DNA from: Escherichia phage HEMP5 | Reading direction: 5' to 3' (one strand) | Sequence record: OR424388.1 | DNA: 64,000 bases | Shown: piece by piece, positions 46,357 through 55,524 of the stretch | How the letters are laid out: each line of letters starts with the position of its first letter | Numbering within the stretch: position 1 is the stretch's first letter | Position numbers and translations under genes: made by a program | The notes under the pieces: model-generated | Database searches by the model: none | What the model saw: the letters and a program-made list of their open reading frames with translations, nothing else | What the model was told of the DNA's origin: nothing

Positions 46357-46935
46357 TTAATTACCACGGGCTGCATTAGCAACGGCATAAGCGTACTGAA
46401 CATTAGCGTCCTTAAACGTACCTTTAGAGGTATCTATTTCTGCCTTAAAGCCGCCTTTAGCCATAACATCGGCAAATTCTTTACGGAAAGCCATTGCATC
46501 AAGACCTTTCCATGATGATTTGTGCTTAGCGAATTCAAGACCAGCGTAGTTGACAGCCTTAGCTAATTTGTTATCAATAACCCATTTACCAGCTTTAGGC
46601 ACAAACACCGGGCCTTTCTGTTTAGAGAACAGTTTTAAATTCCAGCGACGAAGATCACTGTCGGCTTTAACAAAAGCTGCGTCTAAGTTACTAGCAACAA
46701 CATCCTGAATATGGCCAAATTTAAGCCCATCAACTTCAATATTTAGATCGGTACGCCAGCGAAGTCCTTCCCAAGCGAAGGCTTTAAAATCAGAAGCTTT
46801 TGTAGCTAAGTATCGTTCAATAGGGGCTGTTTTAGGGTCAAAGCCGTTTCCACCACGATAAGTCCACTCGTCCTTATTAATGCCTTGAGCTTTTCCTGCA
46901 AAGGCCTCGGCGATAAATTCTTTGTATGTTTTCAT
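46357..46935 (-). CDS. ipIII: internal protein III (capsid-targeted, CTS MKTYKEFIAE)
   Basis: 192 aa; N-terminal CTS; size matches T4 IPIII. Confidence 0.85.
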   Translation of the reverse strand: MKTYKEFIAEAFAGKAQGINKDEWTYRGGNGFDPKTAPIERYLATKASDFKAFAWEGLRWRTDLNIEVDGLKFGHIQDVVASNLDAAFVKADSDLRRWNLKLFSKQKGPVFVPKAGKWVIDNKLAKAVNYAGLEFAKHKSSWKGLDAMAFRKEFADVMAKGGFKAEIDTSKGTFKDANVQYAYAVANAARGN

Positions 46936-46965
46936 TTTTGTTTCCTTGTTTGTTTTGATAGAGTA

Positions 46966-46995
46966 ATTATACTATATTAATACTTAAGCGTAAAC
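46966..46995 (-). promoter_or_regulatory. T4-early-type promoter for ipIII (-35 GTTTAC, 18-nt spacer, -10 TATAAT)
   Basis: Minus strand; about 30 nt upstream of the ipIII ATG. Confidence 0.55.
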
Positions 46996-47060
46996 TGTTT
47001 AAGCTTTACCGCCAGAAATAATTCCAAAGTTGTTAAAATCGTATCCAATATCGTCAACAT

Positions 47061-47162
47061 CTACTTTAGGACTGCACCAAATACGCGTGGTAATTCACGA
47101 TACTCAGCCATAAGATGTTGGTCGGTCAGTTCAGAAACAAGTGTTAAATTGATACGAGTCAT
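47061..47162 (-). pseudogene. denV: denV (endonuclease V, pyrimidine dimer glycosylase) remnant: first 30 codons then premature stop
   Basis: [31 protein letters not shown] matches the recalled T4 DenV N-terminus, then LK-stop; the remaining roughly 100 codons are absent. Confidence 0.6.
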
Positions 47163-47189
47163 AATTTCCTCCAAGTAGTTGATGAATGT

Positions 47190-47219
47190 ATAGTATCAAA
47201 ACCCTTGGAGGAAGTAAAC
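47190..47219 (-). promoter_or_regulatory. T4-early-type promoter (-35 GTTTAC, -10 TACTAT) upstream of the denV remnant
   Basis: Minus strand; 18-nt spacer. Confidence 0.5.
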
Positions 47220-47221
47220 AA

Positions 47222-48462
<1,241 letters not shown>

Positions 48463-48466
<4 letters not shown>

Positions 48467-48825
48467 TTTAATTTCCTGCAATCACTCACAAACTCTTTCA
48501 TTGATTCATTTTCAATATAAGACATGTAGCTATTATATTCCTTTAATTGTATTTTGTAATCCTTTTTTCTTTGCCAATTTATTTTAAAATTATCATAATG
48601 AAAATATAAAATGATACCAAAGAATGAAAACAATGAAATAATTTTAGTATAACAAAGCTCACTCCAAACTTCTGTTATATTTACTGTGCCGTCGATGTTT
48701 AAAATAAGACAGTCAATTAACAATCCAAAAAGACTACCCGCAAGAGCTGCAGCCAACGCCACAGCAAAAATTAAAAATGACTCAGGAAACGAATATTTGA
48801 CTTTATTTAATTTTGGCTTTTGCAT
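48463..48825 (-). CDS. membrane protein
   Basis: 120 aa; two hydrophobic helices; AAGGAA RBS. Confidence 0.65.
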
Positions 48826-49199
48826 CGTGATTCCTTAACAAATTTCATAATTTCATTAAATTCATACATATCAAGTTTAAGCTGATGCTCCTTTTTAATC
48901 TTTTTGCATTGGGCTTTCCAATCGCGTACACGTTTACGATAATGTCTTCCTTGATACCAATATCCTATCCAGTTTACAGGTACTAATAAAAATGGAACTA
49001 TTAATGGAAGAATTAGCATTAACACAAGTATTTCGCCAGAATCAATATCAGTCATAACATCTAAAACACCTCCAATAATCAATAGAATTACAAATGATAT
49101 GAGTATAACAGGACCTATTAATACATCAGTAGAAATTATCTGACGCTTTGGCTCATACTTCAAAGGTTTACTTGGAAGGTATAGTGATGGTTTTGACAT
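48807..49199 (-). CDS. membrane protein
   Basis: About 130 aa from internal ATG (MSKPSLYLPSKP...); two transmembrane helices; the six-frame ORF starts at TTG 49220. Confidence 0.6.
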   Translation of the reverse strand: MSKPSLYLPSKPLKYEPKRQIISTDVLIGPVILISFVILLIIGGVLDVMTDIDSGEILVLMLILPLIVPFLLVPVNWIGYWYQGRHYRKRVRDWKAQCKKIKKEHQLKLDMYEFNEIMKFVKESRCKSQN

Positions 49200-49779
49200 A
49201 TTCTCTGCATTCCTTAACAAATTTTTCTAGTAATAAATCACTTTCAAAATTAGGATTTTCCACTAATTTATCAAAAAGATCATCAACAATATTCAAGATA
49301 TTTCTTTTACTAAGAATACGTTTATTTTCATGTTTCGTTTCAGAATCAACTATAAGAGTAAAGAAATATTTCTTTCCCTGAAATTTTACTGTAGTATCAA
49401 TATAGAACAAATTTGACTTTTGTAAATTACGTTTAAACCATGCGTCACTTAAACTATAAACACCGAGATAATCAAAATCGTCGTTTAAATAACAAACTGT
49501 CCATTCAGGAGAAATGAAATCAGTAAATTCAACGTCAAAATCGCATGTTAATAAATGAATTGATTCAATACTGTTAATAAGTATTCCAGGACGTATTAAA
49601 GACTTTTTACCTCTAGAAAATCTTCCAGAAAGACTTTCATCAGTTTCATATGAAGAACCCCAATAATAATTACGCCCTTCTGCCATACGTTTAAGAGCAT
49701 TTAGCAATTGGTCTGGAACATCAACTTGTCTTTGGAATTCTTCAAACATTGAATTGAAATCAATTTGCATTCTTCTCAT
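49168..49779 (-). CDS. hypothetical protein
   Basis: 203 aa; ATG start with GGAG RBS. Confidence 0.65.
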   Translation of the reverse strand: MRRMQIDFNSMFEEFQRQVDVPDQLLNALKRMAEGRNYYWGSSYETDESLSGRFSRGKKSLIRPGILINSIESIHLLTCDFDVEFTDFISPEWTVCYLNDDFDYLGVYSLSDAWFKRNLQKSNLFYIDTTVKFQGKKYFFTLIVDSETKHENKRILSKRNILNIVDDLFDKLVENPNFESDLLLEKFVKECREYVKTITIPSK

Positions 49780-49800
49780 TCCTATTTACTCCAAGTAATA

Positions 49801-49814
49801 GGGGCCGAAGCCCC
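49801..49814 (-). terminator. GGGGC-UUCG-GCCCC hairpin
   Basis: Perfect 5-bp stem with UUCG loop 3' of the coiled-coil protein gene. Confidence 0.45.
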
Positions 49815-49820
49815 TTATCA

Positions 49821-50414
49821 TTATTTCAGAGAATTAATATATTCCTGAACATCGGCAGAGGTAGTTTCAACCCCAGAAATATTGCCATTAAAGGTTTCAA
49901 CTCGGGCAAGAGTATCTTCAATATCAACTTTAGTCAGTGCTGCAATTTCAACTACATCATCAGCAGTACTAATTCCAAGGGCATTCGCAGCACGAGTTTC
50001 ACGGATATATTCCAATTTAACTGCAAGTTCTTGGCGAGCATCATCTAACTCAACTACTTTCTTGGCGATTTCAATTCGCATTTCAGCATAACCATCAGCT
50101 TTAGTAGTCAACTGTTCAGCTGTTCGACGATATAGCAAGCCGAGTTTAGCATGCATTGTTACATCTTGACCTTCAGAAAGAAGCTTGCGAATTTCACGCT
50201 CTTTTGATTCGGCTTGCTTATTCTTTTCGACAATAAGTTCACGAATACGCTTTTCTTCATTAATAGATTTAACGGAAGCAGTTTTTAGATCTTTAATCTT
50301 ATCAAGTAGTTTTGCTGCCGCAGCAGTATACTGTTCTTCAACAGATAGATTTTTAGCCATAGCAGAACCAAGTTTAGTGCGAATAAACTCAACAATTTTC
50401 TTCAGTGTGTTCAT
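49821..50414 (-). CDS. coiled-coil protein (possibly PspA/IM30-like)
   Basis: 197 aa; long helical heptad-rich sequence; AAGGAAA RBS; the PspA resemblance is by eye only. Confidence 0.7.
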
Positions 50415-50456
50415 AGTATTTCCTTAGGTTAATTAAGATTTAAAATCCATGAGATA

Positions 50457-50633
50457 TTATACTCCGGATAGGTTGTAAACTATTTCAACATCGCCTTTTG
50501 CTGCTTTATAACCTTCAGCCCAAGATACAACCGAGTTTTTATCCGAAGATTCAAATTCTGGCATTGGGCTTTCGCCAATGTTCACGCAGTATGTTTCTTC
50601 ATTTTCGTCGAACCAAATAATTAAAGTAGTCAT
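50457..50633 (-). CDS. small acidic protein (58 aa)
   Basis: Hand-translated; ATG with GGAG RBS; MTTLIIWFDENEETYCVNIGESPMPEFESSDKNS... Confidence 0.35.
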   Translation of the reverse strand: MTTLIIWFDENEETYCVNIGESPMPEFESSDKNSVVSWAEGYKAAKGDVEIVYNLSGV

Positions 50634-50701
50634 TTATTTCTCCGTTTCTGTATTTGTTTTGATAAGTCTATAATAACACCGTCCTTGGTGTTTGTACACA
50701 A

Positions 50702-50965
50702 TTATTTCATATTATTGAAATATTCTTCTGCGATTTCGTCGTTATCATGGTAAACTTTAGAAGACAGTTTAACATAACTTTCAGCAGTGAACATGTTAAT
50801 CACAACCTTTACAGTATACCACTGACCATCTTCATTACCCATTACTGCGTAAGTTTCAAACATCGGATGGTCAGGACCGATAACTTTAATATCATTCACT
50901 GTACGACCAAAATCTTCTGAAACACATTTCATAAAGAAGTTGAACAGTTCACCGTAATTATCCAT
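50702..50965 (-). CDS. hypothetical protein
   Basis: 87 aa from ATG with GGAG RBS downstream of an early promoter cassette. Confidence 0.6.
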   Translation of the reverse strand: MDNYGELFNFFMKCVSEDFGRTVNDIKVIGPDHPMFETYAVMGNEDGQWYTVKVVINMFTAESYVKLSSKVYHDNDEIAEEYFNNMK

Positions 50966-51008
50966 TTTATTCTCCAAGTTGTTTTCTGTATCAGTAGTTG
51001 ATAGTTGT

Positions 51009-51038
51009 ATAGTACCATGGAAGAACGGGGATGTAAAC
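51009..51038 (-). promoter_or_regulatory. T4-early-type promoter (repeated promoter-leader cassette copy)
   Basis: -35 GTTTAC, -10 TACTAT, 18-nt spacer. Confidence 0.55.
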
Positions 51039-51172
51039 CGTTTTGTGAAAAATTTTTTAAAAAGTTTTGGGGGAATTCTAGGGCAGGGAGGGGCAATTAA
51101 AGGATAGGATAATATATTATAAAGGATAGAAACTAAATGATGCCTAGAGAGGCCCAGAAAGGTCTAGATGCC

Positions 51173-51199
51173 AAAAAGCCCCAACCTTTCGGAAGGGGC
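51173..51199 (-). terminator. rho-independent terminator at the distal end of the tRNA/stable RNA transcription unit
   Basis: GCCCC...GGGGC stem with an inner CC-UUUC-GG hairpin, followed by U5 on the minus RNA. Confidence 0.55.
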
Positions 51200-51500
51200 T
51201 AAGCCTTGCGGCAACCTTGTCGGGGTTCCACCTGCTAAGGCAAGTGTTTGTACGAAACGCCGGGATTCGAACCCGATTATTAAGTAGTTGACGCTACTCA
51301 ATATTTTTAAAAGGCCATATCTCGACCATATCCGAACGTTCCGTCAAAAACGCTACTCGGCTTACGGCAAAGATATTTCCTCGAATCGATAATTCGGTGC
51401 GCCGTTTCTGCTGTGATATAAGGGGGCATTAACAAAACATAAAGATTTATTAATGCCAGTCCTTAAACAGGGAACATCAGTCCGACGACTTGCCGGTAGC
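51200..51500 (-). ncRNA. region likely encoding the small stable RNAs that follow the tRNAs in T-even phages (RNA C/D-like)
   Basis: No ORF; contains a tRNA-like T-arm (CGGGUUCGAAUCCCG at about 51261-51276) without a matching acceptor stem; boundaries approximate. Confidence 0.35.
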
Positions 51501-51516
51501 GACCCGGCTTCTTGTT

Positions 51517-51591
51517 TGGTATCCCGCCCTGGGATCGAACCAGGACCGCAAACTTAGAAGGATCGTATGCTATCCATTACACCAGCGGGAC
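51517..51591 (-). tRNA. tRNA-Arg (anticodon UCU), CCA encoded
   Basis: Hand-folded cloverleaf: 7-bp acceptor stem, T-arm CCUGG-UUCGAUC-CCAGG, anticodon loop CUUCUAA. Confidence 0.8.
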
Positions 51592-52213
51592 GTAATTTAT
51601 TTAAAAGACAAGACAAATCGGAAATCTCATCTTTTTCTAAAACTACCAAATTTTCTAAAGCTTTCCATTTACAAAGATCTCTATCTCTTTTATATCCTTT
51701 GACTTCTATATAAAAATCATAAGTGGGTAAATAAAAATCAGGAAAATAGAGATGTTCTGAACCTTCCCATTCGTAAGGAATTGGCTTTATTTTATTAGTA
51801 TATTTGATATTGTGTTCTTTTAAAAACTTAGCAACTTTTAATTCCCAGGTCCCTTTAAATTTAAACCCGTCAAACTCATATGTTTTTACTCGACCAGAAA
51901 CATTAGAAGCAGAATATGAATCAGGATTATCAAGAACAGCTTGCCGCATTCTTTTAGAATGTGCTTCTTTGCGTTCATTAGACCATACATATCCAGTATT
52001 GGCTTTTCTAAGTTTTTCTCTAGTTTTATCAGAGACTTTTATTTCTTTACCTAGTTCTTTGGCTTTGGTAAATTGATTACTACCTTTAAGACCATAACGA
52101 GGGTTATTAGGGCCGCTCATATCTAATCTATTTGGGTTAGATTTGCACCGTTTTTCATGCTGCTTTAGTGAATTTAAATTTTTACATTCTTTAGAACAAT
52201 ATTGACAAAGCAT
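51554..52213 (-). CDS. putative nuclease with N-terminal C2HC zinc finger and C-terminal PD-(D/E)xK-like motif; possible free-standing homing-type endonuclease
   Basis: 219 aa from ATG with GGAG RBS; CQYCSKECKNLNSLKQHEKRC and HLYFPDFYLP...DFYIEVKGYK; the last about 12 codons overlap the 5' end of tRNA-Arg; no GIY-YIG motif. Confidence 0.65.
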   Translation of the reverse strand: MLCQYCSKECKNLNSLKQHEKRCKSNPNRLDMSGPNNPRYGLKGSNQFTKAKELGKEIKVSDKTREKLRKANTGYVWSNERKEAHSKRMRQAVLDNPDSYSASNVSGRVKTYEFDGFKFKGTWELKVAKFLKEHNIKYTNKIKPIPYEWEGSEHLYFPDFYLPTYDFYIEVKGYKRDRDLCKWKALENLVVLEKDEISDLSCLLNKLRPAGVMDSIRSF

Positions 52214-52282
52214 AATTTTCTCCATGAATTTTATATAGATATTTATTCATGGAGAAGTTGACTGCTCTACCTAATCAAAATA

Positions 52283-52356
52283 TGGCCCAGACCAGATTTG
52301 AACTGGTAACCTTTCCCTTATGAGGGGACTGCTGCTAACCATTGAGCTACAGGGCC
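52283..52356 (-). tRNA. tRNA-Ile (anticodon CAU, lysidine-type; formally could be Met)
   Basis: Cloverleaf with T-arm ACCAG-UUCAAAU-CUGGU and anticodon loop CUCAUAA; one U-U mismatch in the acceptor stem. Confidence 0.75.
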
Positions 52357-52362
52357 TTGATA

Positions 52363-52435
52363 TGCTGATTGACGGAATCGAACCGCCGACCTTCTCATTA
52401 CAAGTGAGTTGCTCTACCTACTAAGCTAAATCAGC
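52363..52435 (-). tRNA. tRNA-Thr (anticodon UGU)
   Basis: Cloverleaf with T-arm GGCGG-UUCGAUU-CCGUC and anticodon loop CUUGUAA. Confidence 0.8.
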
Positions 52436-52440
52436 AAAAC

Positions 52441-52530
52441 TGGCGGAGGCGATAGGATTTGAACCTATGAGTCGCCGGAGCGACTGCCGGTTTTCAAGAC
52501 CGGTGCATTAAACCACTCTGCCACGCCTCC
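52441..52530 (-). tRNA. tRNA-Ser (anticodon UGA), class II with long variable arm, CCA encoded
   Basis: 90 nt; acceptor GGAGGCG/CGCCUCC; anticodon stem CCGGU/ACCGG with loop CUUGAAA. Confidence 0.85.
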
Positions 52531-52532
52531 AG

Positions 52533-52606
52533 TCTCCATACAAGGATTTGAACCTTGGACCTCCTGATCCCAAATCAGGCGCTCTACCAAACTGAGCTAC
52601 ACGGAG
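52533..52606 (-). tRNA. tRNA-Pro (anticodon UGG)
   Basis: T-arm CAAGG-UUCAAAU-CCUUG; anticodon stem CCUGA/UCAGG with loop UUUGGGA. Confidence 0.85.
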
Positions 52607-52616
52607 TAAATTAAAT

Positions 52617-52690
<74 letters not shown>

Positions 52691-52695
52691 AAATT

Positions 52696-52782
52696 TGGTG
52701 CGAGAAGTGGGACTCGAACCCACAAGGAAATCATTCCGCAGCATTTTAAGTGCTGTGCCTTTACCAATTTGACCATTCTCGC
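52696..52782 (-). tRNA. tRNA-Leu (anticodon UAA), class II, CCA encoded
   Basis: 87 nt; acceptor GCGAGAA/UUCUCGC; anticodon stem CAGCA/UGCUG with loop CUUAAAA; first gene of the cluster. Confidence 0.85.
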
Positions 52783-52788
52783 GCTATA

Positions 52789-53397
52789 TTATTTATTACG
52801 TGAAAAAGACTGTTCTATCAATTCTGGACACTTTCGTTCTATCCATTTTCTAGCTTTTTGTGGGCTTATACCTATTATTTTAGCAGCTTTACTAACCCAT
52901 CCAAATTTAGAATAATCGATTTTAACTAATTCTTCGTAAATTTCATCAGTTAAAATCTTTTCATTAATATTTACCAGTAAATGATATAATTTATTATCAT
53001 TAGCAATTTTAATGAATCTTTTATAGTTTCCGCCTTTACTTAAACCTAATGAAGTAATTGCAGATGATATAGTAGCCGAATTTAATAGTGCGTTTAAAAT
53101 TTCTTCATCACTAACATTATAACGCTTTCTATTATTTTTAATATTTTTACCAGCAAAAGTATCAGTTTGCGAATGGCAATTTGGACATAATAATCTTAAA
53201 TTTGATTTAAGATGATTTTTGTTATTTCCATCAATATGGTCTAATTGTAGAACAATATGCTTATTTTGCCATTTTGAAATTTTACAAATTGCGCACTCAT
53301 ATGGAAAAATATTTTCTTTTATTATTTTGTCTTTCAGCTTTCCTGTACTAAAATTTGGATGTTTTCCTTCAAAAATTTCAGCTAATTTAGTATCCAT
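52789..53397 (-). CDS. HNH-family endonuclease (free-standing homing-endonuclease-like)
   Basis: 202 aa from ATG (the six-frame ORF begins at an upstream TTG); HNH motif HLDHIDGNNKNHLKSNLRLLCPNCH; stop abuts the tRNA-Leu 5' end. Confidence 0.8.
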   Translation of the reverse strand: MDTKLAEIFEGKHPNFSTGKLKDKIIKENIFPYECAICKISKWQNKHIVLQLDHIDGNNKNHLKSNLRLLCPNCHSQTDTFAGKNIKNNRKRYNVSDEEILNALLNSATISSAITSLGLSKGGNYKRFIKIANDNKLYHLLVNINEKILTDEIYEELVKIDYSKFGWVSKAAKIIGISPQKARKWIERKCPELIEQSFSRNK

Positions 53398-53496
53398 AAT
53401 ATGATTCCCAATTATTAACAAAGGCTCTCAAACAAGAACCCTTGATGATAGAGGGTATTAATCAGTGCGGTATGAGTTAATAATAACAAATAATTC

Positions 53497-54012
53497 TTAA
53501 AGCAAATTAAACATTTTAACGGTAGGCAAAACAATTTCTTCTTCTATATAAGAGTATTTAACACTCTCAACTACACGCAAAAAATCATAATCATAATACT
53601 CAGAAGCATTACCTAAAATATTAATAAGTCCTTCAAGCACTTTATTACCATTCACAAAGAATAAGTCAAATACACGTTCTTCATCTTCTTCAGATTTATT
53701 ACCAAGATCAACTTCTATGCGAAAGACCTTTTTAATGAATTCTGGATAAAGCTGGTCTGAGAACAGTCCTTCAACTAAGTATTCATAAATAAAAAGAGAT
53801 TGCTCGCTGAACAAACCATTACCACAATAGCGCTCAATTTTAGTACTAGAATATCTGCTTTTAAACTTCTTTAAAAGATACTGAAATTGTAAGATTTCAT
53901 GCTCTTCTACGCCAAACAGTGTTTTGGTTTTATAGTTGTCACCATCATTTTCCCAGGTAGTGACATCAATTACGTAGCCCTGCGGAATTGTAGTACCTAA
54001 ACAAATATTCAT
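53497..54012 (-). CDS. hypothetical protein
   Basis: 171 aa; ATG start. Confidence 0.65.
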   Translation of the reverse strand: MNICLGTTIPQGYVIDVTTWENDGDNYKTKTLFGVEEHEILQFQYLLKKFKSRYSSTKIERYCGNGLFSEQSLFIYEYLVEGLFSDQLYPEFIKKVFRIEVDLGNKSEEDEERVFDLFFVNGNKVLEGLINILGNASEYYDYDFLRVVESVKYSYIEEEIVLPTVKMFNLL

Positions 54013-54015
54013 TTT

Positions 54016-54306
54016 TCACCACGCTGCGTTAATGTAAGTATATTTAATACATTCAAGACCCAAAGGATTCTTGAAAATATCATATTCAAGAGGACCTTTT
54101 TCTGTTTCAATAAAGAAATCAAAATTTACTGTATTAAATTTACGGTCTTCCTTCACTAATTTAACTTGTGAAGATGAACGGTCAATGTAAACCTTTTCAA
54201 CTTCAAAACATGTTAAAATGCCATAATCATCAATCAAGGCTTTAGCTGCTTCTTGATCATATTTATATCCATTTTCAATGGATGATACTTTAGCATAAAG
54301 AATCAT
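54016..54306 (-). CDS. hypothetical protein
   Basis: 96 aa from ATG (the six-frame ORF starts 2 codons upstream at TTG). Confidence 0.6.
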   Translation of the reverse strand: MILYAKVSSIENGYKYDQEAAKALIDDYGILTCFEVEKVYIDRSSSQVKLVKEDRKFNTVNFDFFIETEKGPLEYDIFKNPLGLECIKYTYINAAW

Positions 54307-54308
54307 TA

Positions 54309-54710
54309 TCAACCTTCATCAACAACAGTATGCGTATTGGCATTTACGATTTGCCACCAATCAAAGCGATTAGAACCATACATCGGTTTGTTTTCATTTT
54401 CTTTGATAATGTCACGGAGTTCATCTTCAGAGAATGCTTTAGCGATTAAATCGGTATACCCACCACGTGGATAATAATTATCACCTGCAAACAAAAGGAA
54501 ATTTACCTTCCCGGAAGGAACATACGCTTCCTTAGGATACTTGTTTCCTGCGTGGTCAACCACTTCAATATAACGGTAAGGAATATCGGTTCTTTCAACC
54601 CATTGCCATGCCGCTGCAGGGGAATCGAAAGCATCTACACCTAAACGATTATCTTCATCTTTAGACGGATTATTTTCGTAATCCGCATATACATAATATT
54701 CAACGTTCAT
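54309..54710 (-). CDS. hypothetical protein
   Basis: 133 aa; GGTGA RBS. Confidence 0.65.
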   Translation of the reverse strand: MNVEYYVYADYENNPSKDEDNRLGVDAFDSPAAAWQWVERTDIPYRYIEVVDHAGNKYPKEAYVPSGKVNFLLFAGDNYYPRGGYTDLIAKAFSEDELRDIIKENENKPMYGSNRFDWWQIVNANTHTVVDEG

Positions 54711-54895
54711 TATTCACCTTTAGAAATTTTATCCATAACGATAGCAATTAAACCAATTAAAAATGCTACTACAAGTGAAAAAACATTTTCTGCCGTAGTC
54801 AATAATCCGCATATAAATCCAACAAACATTGAAAAACTGAAAGCGGAAGCAGAAATTGCAATAGCAACATTTCGAATTAATTCACAGCGTTTCAT
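54710..54895 (-). CDS. small membrane protein
   Basis: 61 aa from internal ATG (MKRCELIRNVAIAISASAFSFSMFVGFICGLL...); the upstream six-frame extension is promoter/leader. Confidence 0.5.
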   Translation of the reverse strand: MKRCELIRNVAIAISASAFSFSMFVGFICGLLTTAENVFSLVVAFLIGLIAIVMDKISKGE

Positions 54896-54923
54896 TTTAT
54901 TCTCCTCAGTAGTTGATAGGGTA

Positions 54924-54953
54924 ATAGTATCACTACCCCATCTAAAAGTAAAT
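54924..54953 (-). promoter_or_regulatory. T4-early-type promoter (-35 ATTTAC variant, -10 TACTAT)
   Basis: Minus strand; 18-nt spacer. Confidence 0.45.
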
Positions 54954-55187
54954 TTATTTTTTACGAAAAATTGATTTATTTTCTGCTGCCCATTTTTCAA
55001 TAACTGCAGCAGGACCAGTAACAACAATTTTATCACCGTAAACTTCTGCGGCGAGTTGACCGAAATTATCTAATGCATCACGAAGAACTCCATGAGGCAT
55101 TTCACCCATTTTATCTTTCTTGCCGGTGTAAATAAACTCAACTTTTGCATCAGAAGATTCAGCGATAAATTCTTTGAAAGTTTTCAT
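54954..55187 (-). CDS. internal protein (IPI-position, CTS MKTFKEFIAE)
   Basis: 77 aa from ATG; CTS N-terminus; body not obviously like recalled T4 IPI, so possibly a lineage-specific internal protein. Confidence 0.7.
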   Translation of the reverse strand: MKTFKEFIAESSDAKVEFIYTGKKDKMGEMPHGVLRDALDNFGQLAAEVYGDKIVVTGPAAVIEKWAAENKSIFRKK

Positions 55188-55224
55188 TTTAGTTTCCATT
55201 CGATTGTTTTGTTTTGATAGGGTA

Positions 55225-55254
55225 ATAGTATCACAACTAAAACCCTATGTAAAC
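55225..55254 (-). promoter_or_regulatory. T4-early-type promoter (-35 GTTTAC, -10 TACTAT)
   Basis: Minus strand upstream of the IPI-position gene. Confidence 0.55.
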
Positions 55255-55266
55255 AACTTTGTGAAA

Positions 55267-55524
55267 TTATTTTAAATCTTCTAATCGTTTCTTCATCTTA
55301 GAACCATTTTTAGCAATTTCTCCTGCATCGGAGCATAATGCTAAAAGTGCTTTAACTTTAGTTTGGTCTCCTTTAAAAGATGAAGGATCGACTGCAGCAG
55401 CAAGTTCTTTAATACGAGAGAAAAGACGCTCAGCTTCAGCTAAAGCCATTCCAAGCTTTACTTCCATACCGTGAGAAGATTCAGTGATAGTAGTTTTTGT
55501 AGCAAACTCTTTGAAAGTTTTCAT
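55267..55524 (-). CDS. internal protein, paralog of IPII (CTS-like MKTFKEFATK)
   Basis: 85 aa; clear similarity to the IPII-like gene at 47222-47503 (LAEAERLFSRIKELAA... vs LVEAESLLARISELAS...). Confidence 0.7.
   Translation of the reverse strand: MKTFKEFATKTTITESSHGMEVKLGMALAEAERLFSRIKELAAAVDPSSFKGDQTKVKALLALCSDAGEIAKNGSKMKKRLEDLK

Noticed and set aside
50450-50481. GTTTAC ... TATAAT pair that looks like an early promoter
   Set aside because: The spacer is only about 13 nt, far from the 17-18 nt seen in every other copy.
51261-51276. Possible eighth tRNA suggested by a perfect T-arm
   Set aside because: No acceptor stem complementary to the flanking sequence and no anticodon arm could be folded; treated as part of the stable-RNA region, pending a scanner run.
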